Shown: positions 51,238 to 54,223 of the stretch, in pieces
Layout: each line of letters starts with the position of its first letter
Numbering within the stretch: position 1 is the stretch's first letter
NCBI GenBank assembly: GCA_043804695.1
Contig: JAZDIV010000127.1
Coordinates: 1 to 54,223, forward strand
Direction: 5' to 3'
From: PVC group bacterium
GTDB lineage: Bacteria > Auribacterota > Erginobacteria > Erginobacterales > Erginobacteraceae
Length of the DNA stretch: 54,223 nt
Translations under genes and position numbers: made by a program
Notes under the pieces: model-generated
The model's database searches: none
What the model was told of the DNA's origin: nothing
The model's input: the letters and a program-made list of their open reading frames with translations, nothing else

Positions 51238-53592
51238 ATGGAAACAACAAAAGTAGTTGGCCATTCCTGCCCCCGGATTGACGGAAAAGAGAAGATAACC
51301 GGCACGGCCCAGTACGTTGACGATATCGAGTTCGGCCCCAATCTTCTCTATGCCGAGATTATCGAGAGCCCGCATCCCTCGGCCTTGATCAAGAGAATCG
51401 ATACCTCGAAAGCCGAGAAGGTGCCCGGGGTAAAAGCCGTGATCACGGGCAAAGACTTCCCCTATAAGTTCGGACTCTACATGCAGGACCGCTATATCCT
51501 GGCCCAGGACCGGGTCCGGTTCGTCGGGGAGCAGGTGGCGGCGGTCATCGCCCGCGATCCCAAGATCGCCAAGCGGGCAGCCAAACTGGTCAAGGTCGAT
51601 TACGAACCGACCCCGCCCAACCTGGACCAGATGAAGGCCTTCAAGAAAGACGCCGTACTGATCCATCCCGACCTCGGCGACTATGAACACGTTCCCTGGT
51701 TTTTTCCCAAGGGGGGGACCAATATCGCCCATCACCGGAAGATCCGCCGGGGCGATCTGAAGAAGGCGTTCAAGGAATCGGATATCGTCCTCGAAGACAC
51801 CTATCATATCCCCCGCTACGCTCATTGCTGCATGGAACCGCACATCGCGGTGGGACTCTGTGACTACTCGGGAAGACTGACGGTCTGGTCGTCCTCCCAG
51901 TCCCCCTATACCCAGCGCCACCTCTTCGCCGGAGCCTTGGCCCCTCTTGGTTTTACCGATAAAGACATCCGGGTCATTACCCCCTTCATCGGCGGCGGTT
52001 TCGGCGGGAAGGCCGGAGTCACCATGGAGATCATGGCGGCCGCGTTCGCGACCAAGACCAAAGGGATGCCGGTGCGGGTGGCCTGGAGAAGAGACCAGGA
52101 GTTCTATAATACCTACATGCGCCAGGCGGTGGAGACCAAACTGAAGATCGGCGTCAGCAAAGACGGTAAACTCACCGCCTTTGAGATGACCAACTACTGG
52201 GACGCCGGGCCCTACGTCGAGTACGGCGCGAACGTCGTCAACTCCTCCGCCCTCTCCGCCACCGGCCCCTACTATATCCCCAATCTGAAGATCGACTCCT
52301 ACTGCATCTACACCAACCTTCCCGCGGCCGGCCCGTACCGGGGCTTCGGCTATTCGGAGATGCTCTTCAGCGTGGAGTCGCACATGGATCGCCTCGCCGC
52401 CAAACTGGGGATGAGCCCGCTCGAGTTTCGCCAGAAGAACGTTCTCAAGCGGGGGATGCCCCTCACCTACGGCGCGGGGATGACCGAGAACAATCTCTCG
52501 GAATGTCTGAAACGGGTGGCGGAAGCGATCGATTTCGGCAAAAAAGAGGTTTCGAAAGATCCCAACAAGGCGATCGGAAAAGGGATCGCCTCGGCCTGGA
52601 AGGGGCCGGCCATGCCCCCCAACGCCTCCTCCTCCGCATTCATCAAGTTCAACGAGGACGGCAGCCTGAACATCCTGGTCTCCGGGATCGACATGGGCCA
52701 GGGGCTTCTGACCGTGATGGCCCAGATCGCCTCCGAGGTCCTCACCGTTCCCATGGATAAGATCCGGACCGAATGCCCGGACACCGACCGCAATCCCTAC
52801 GAGTGGCAGACCGTGGCCAGCCACGTGACCTGGTCCTGCGGGAACGCGGTCAAACGGGCCGCGCTCGACGCCCGGGACCAGATCTTCAAGACGATCGGAC
52901 GGGCCTATAAATACAATCCGGAGTCCCTCTACCTGGAAGACGAACAGGTCAAGTGCCAGACCGACCCGGACTTCGCGGTCGCTCTCAAGGATTTCGTCAT
53001 CGACGGGATCATGCAGAAGGACGGGACCTTCCTGGGTGGGCCGATAACCGGGCAGGGAATGTTCATGCCCGAGTTCATGTCCACCGTCTGCGACCCCGAG
53101 ACCAGCCAGGGCGGCCATCCCAATCCGCACTACACGGTGGGGGCCGGCGGCATCGTGATCGAGATCGACAAGGAGACCGGAAAGGTCAAGGTCCTGAAAG
53201 CGGCCGAGGGATTTGACTGCGGAAGGGTCCTCAACCCGTCCCTGGTCGAAGGCCAGATCATCGGCGGTTTCATGCAGGGGCTGGCCACGGCCCTCTATGA
53301 GGACATGCGGTTCGGCGAGGACGGGGCGATCCTCAACCCCAACTTCACCGACTACAAGATCCCGACCGCGCTCGATATCCCCGACGAGATCATCCCGATC
53401 ATGGGGATCGAATCACTCCAGCACGACGGCCCCTACGGCGCCCGGGGAATCGGCGAGCATACCATGATCCCGGTCGCCCCGATGGTGGCCAACGCCGTCG
53501 CCGACGCCCTCGGGATCCGGATCAAGCGCCTCCCCATCACCGCCGAAAAGATCGCCCTGGCGATCAAGGAAGGAAAGACCGAAGTGGACTAA
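51238..53592 (+). CDS. Molybdopterin-binding large subunit of a xanthine-dehydrogenase/aldehyde-oxidase-family enzyme
   Basis: 784 aa. Has the a/b-hammerhead N-terminus (VGHSCPRIDGKEKITGTAQY), GGGFGGK, YRGFG and a C-terminal ARGIGEHT catalytic-Glu motif. Substrate not assignable. Confidence 0.9.
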   Translation: METTKVVGHSCPRIDGKEKITGTAQYVDDIEFGPNLLYAEIIESPHPSALIKRIDTSKAEKVPGVKAVITGKDFPYKFGLYMQDRYILAQDRVRFVGEQVAAVIARDPKIAKRAAKLVKVDYEPTPPNLDQMKAFKKDAVLIHPDLGDYEHVPWFFPKGGTNIAHHRKIRRGDLKKAFKESDIVLEDTYHIPRYAHCCMEPHIAVGLCDYSGRLTVWSSSQSPYTQRHLFAGALAPLGFTDKDIRVITPFIGGGFGGKAGVTMEIMAAAFATKTKGMPVRVAWRRDQEFYNTYMRQAVETKLKIGVSKDGKLTAFEMTNYWDAGPYVEYGANVVNSSALSATGPYYIPNLKIDSYCIYTNLPAAGPYRGFGYSEMLFSVESHMDRLAAKLGMSPLEFRQKNVLKRGMPLTYGAGMTENNLSECLKRVAEAIDFGKKEVSKDPNKAIGKGIASAWKGPAMPPNASSSAFIKFNEDGSLNILVSGIDMGQGLLTVMAQIASEVLTVPMDKIRTECPDTDRNPYEWQTVASHVTWSCGNAVKRAALDARDQIFKTIGRAYKYNPESLYLEDEQVKCQTDPDFAVALKDFVIDGIMQKDGTFLGGPITGQGMFMPEFMSTVCDPETSQGGHPNPHYTVGAGGIVIEIDKETGKVKVLKAAEGFDCGRVLNPSLVEGQIIGGFMQGLATALYEDMRFGEDGAILNPNFTDYKIPTALDIPDEIIPIMGIESLQHDGPYGARGIGEHTMIPVAPMVANAVADALGIRIKRLPITAEKIALAIKEGKTEVD

Positions 53593-53685
53593 ATAACCAC
53601 CCCCGTACAGCTTCGCTACGGGGCGGGGCAAGACATCTGCCCGCCACCGCAAGCAAGGCGTTGCGGGCGGGCGAAGACACAAAGA

Positions 53686-53724
53686 AATCCCCGGGGGATT
53701 CCCTCCCCCGGGGATTTTTTATTT
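53686..53724 (+). terminator. Rho-independent terminator after the molybdoenzyme genes
   Basis: atccccggggga-ttccc-tcccccggggat followed by tttttatttat. Confidence 0.8.
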
Positions 53725-54120
53725 ATATTAAGCGAAGCGGAAAAGGGAGTGACGAAGCAATATTAATTAATTGACATTATAAATTGTTACAGTGCGAATA
53801 GAAACGATGTTTTATTTTGCCTTGATGGAAGTGAGTTGTTATACTGTAGGGTAATTCAAGGAAATATGGATCAGGCTAAAAACCCGACTGCTGCCAGAAA
53901 CTTGAATAATTTACTGTATCATAATCATCCGCTTGAGGCCGGGAACGCGGCAGTATTATGAGGCGAGTTTTTCAGGAAAGGATCAGGGTCAAACCTTGAC
54001 GGGCTGTTGCCCAAATCATCTCAACACTACCTCACCCCTGTCTCAACACTGTTTTAGCTCGCGGAATATAGTCTATTAGTATATACTATATTTTGAGCTT
54101 TTAAAGGAGGGCTAAGACAA

Positions 54121-54223
54121 TGATGGGCATAGACCAACCTCAGGAAGAACTGTTCGATTATCATGTAAATCTTACTAAACGCGTGCGCCCTGATCATCCT
54201 CTTCGACGGATAGATAAGATAAT
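54121..54223 (+). mobile_element. 5' end of an IS5/IS1182-type DDE transposase gene (truncated by the window edge)
   Basis: AAGGAGG SD, then MMGIDQPQEELFDYHVNLTKRVRPDHPLRRIDKI. The ..LF.Y.VNLE.R.P.DHPLR.I pattern is the InsH-N/DUF772 N-terminal domain as I recall. The surrounding DNA from ~53725 is AT-rich. Confidence 0.55.

Noticed and set aside
51214-53130. 638-aa ORF antisense to the molybdopterin subunit
   Set aside because: Same reasoning: no motifs, biased composition, and full overlap with a strongly supported gene.
1-54223. Search for tRNA, rRNA, tmRNA or RNase P-like genes in intergenic gaps
   Set aside because: No cloverleaf-compatible sequence or conserved rRNA segment was recognised by eye. 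Every sizeable gap is accounted for by the repeat families. A covariance-model scan would be needed for certainty.

Overview
A 54-kb, GC-rich, gene-dense chromosomal segment from an anaerobic bacterium. The gene content suggests a fermentative or syntrophic Desulfobacterota-like organism, but that is a weak inference. I support about 47 protein genes and found no rRNA, tRNA or CRISPR array.

Gene blocks, in order:
- AdhE-type aldehyde dehydrogenase, two orphan STAS proteins and a beta-CASP RNase.
- Envelope genes: a DUF2723 GT-C protein, a D-Ala-D-Ala carboxypeptidase, an MMPL/HpnN-like exporter, a GT2, an SDR epimerase and a FadL porin.
- Class II FBA.
- A fused phosphate butyryltransferase-butyrate kinase, translationally coupled to an ACT protein.
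- A four-gene Na+-translocating biotin decarboxylase operon.
- birA, a P-loop/Asp23 fusion, a class-V PLP enzyme and pyrF.
- A translationally coupled accBCDA operon and a LOG-like protein.
- A 14-kb putative anaerobic N-heterocycle catabolic island: fdrA plus DUF1116 plus DUF2877, an NCS1 permease, a tandem cyclase-fold hydrolase and a three-subunit xanthine-dehydrogenase-family enzyme. A small toxin-antitoxin pair interrupts it.
- The 5' end of an IS transposase at the window edge.

The most unusual property is structural. Nearly every intergenic gap, including gaps inside operons, is filled with nested short palindromic repeats of at least nine families. These repeats often supply stop codons, C-terminal tails, start codons or SD sequences to the flanking genes.

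One copy of the commonest family (arms of tandem CACCAAGA octamers) carries a GxxExxY nuclease-fold gene as its only cargo. I flag this as a candidate autonomous element, analogous to REP/RAYT. All product calls rest on motif recognition from memory, not on database searches.
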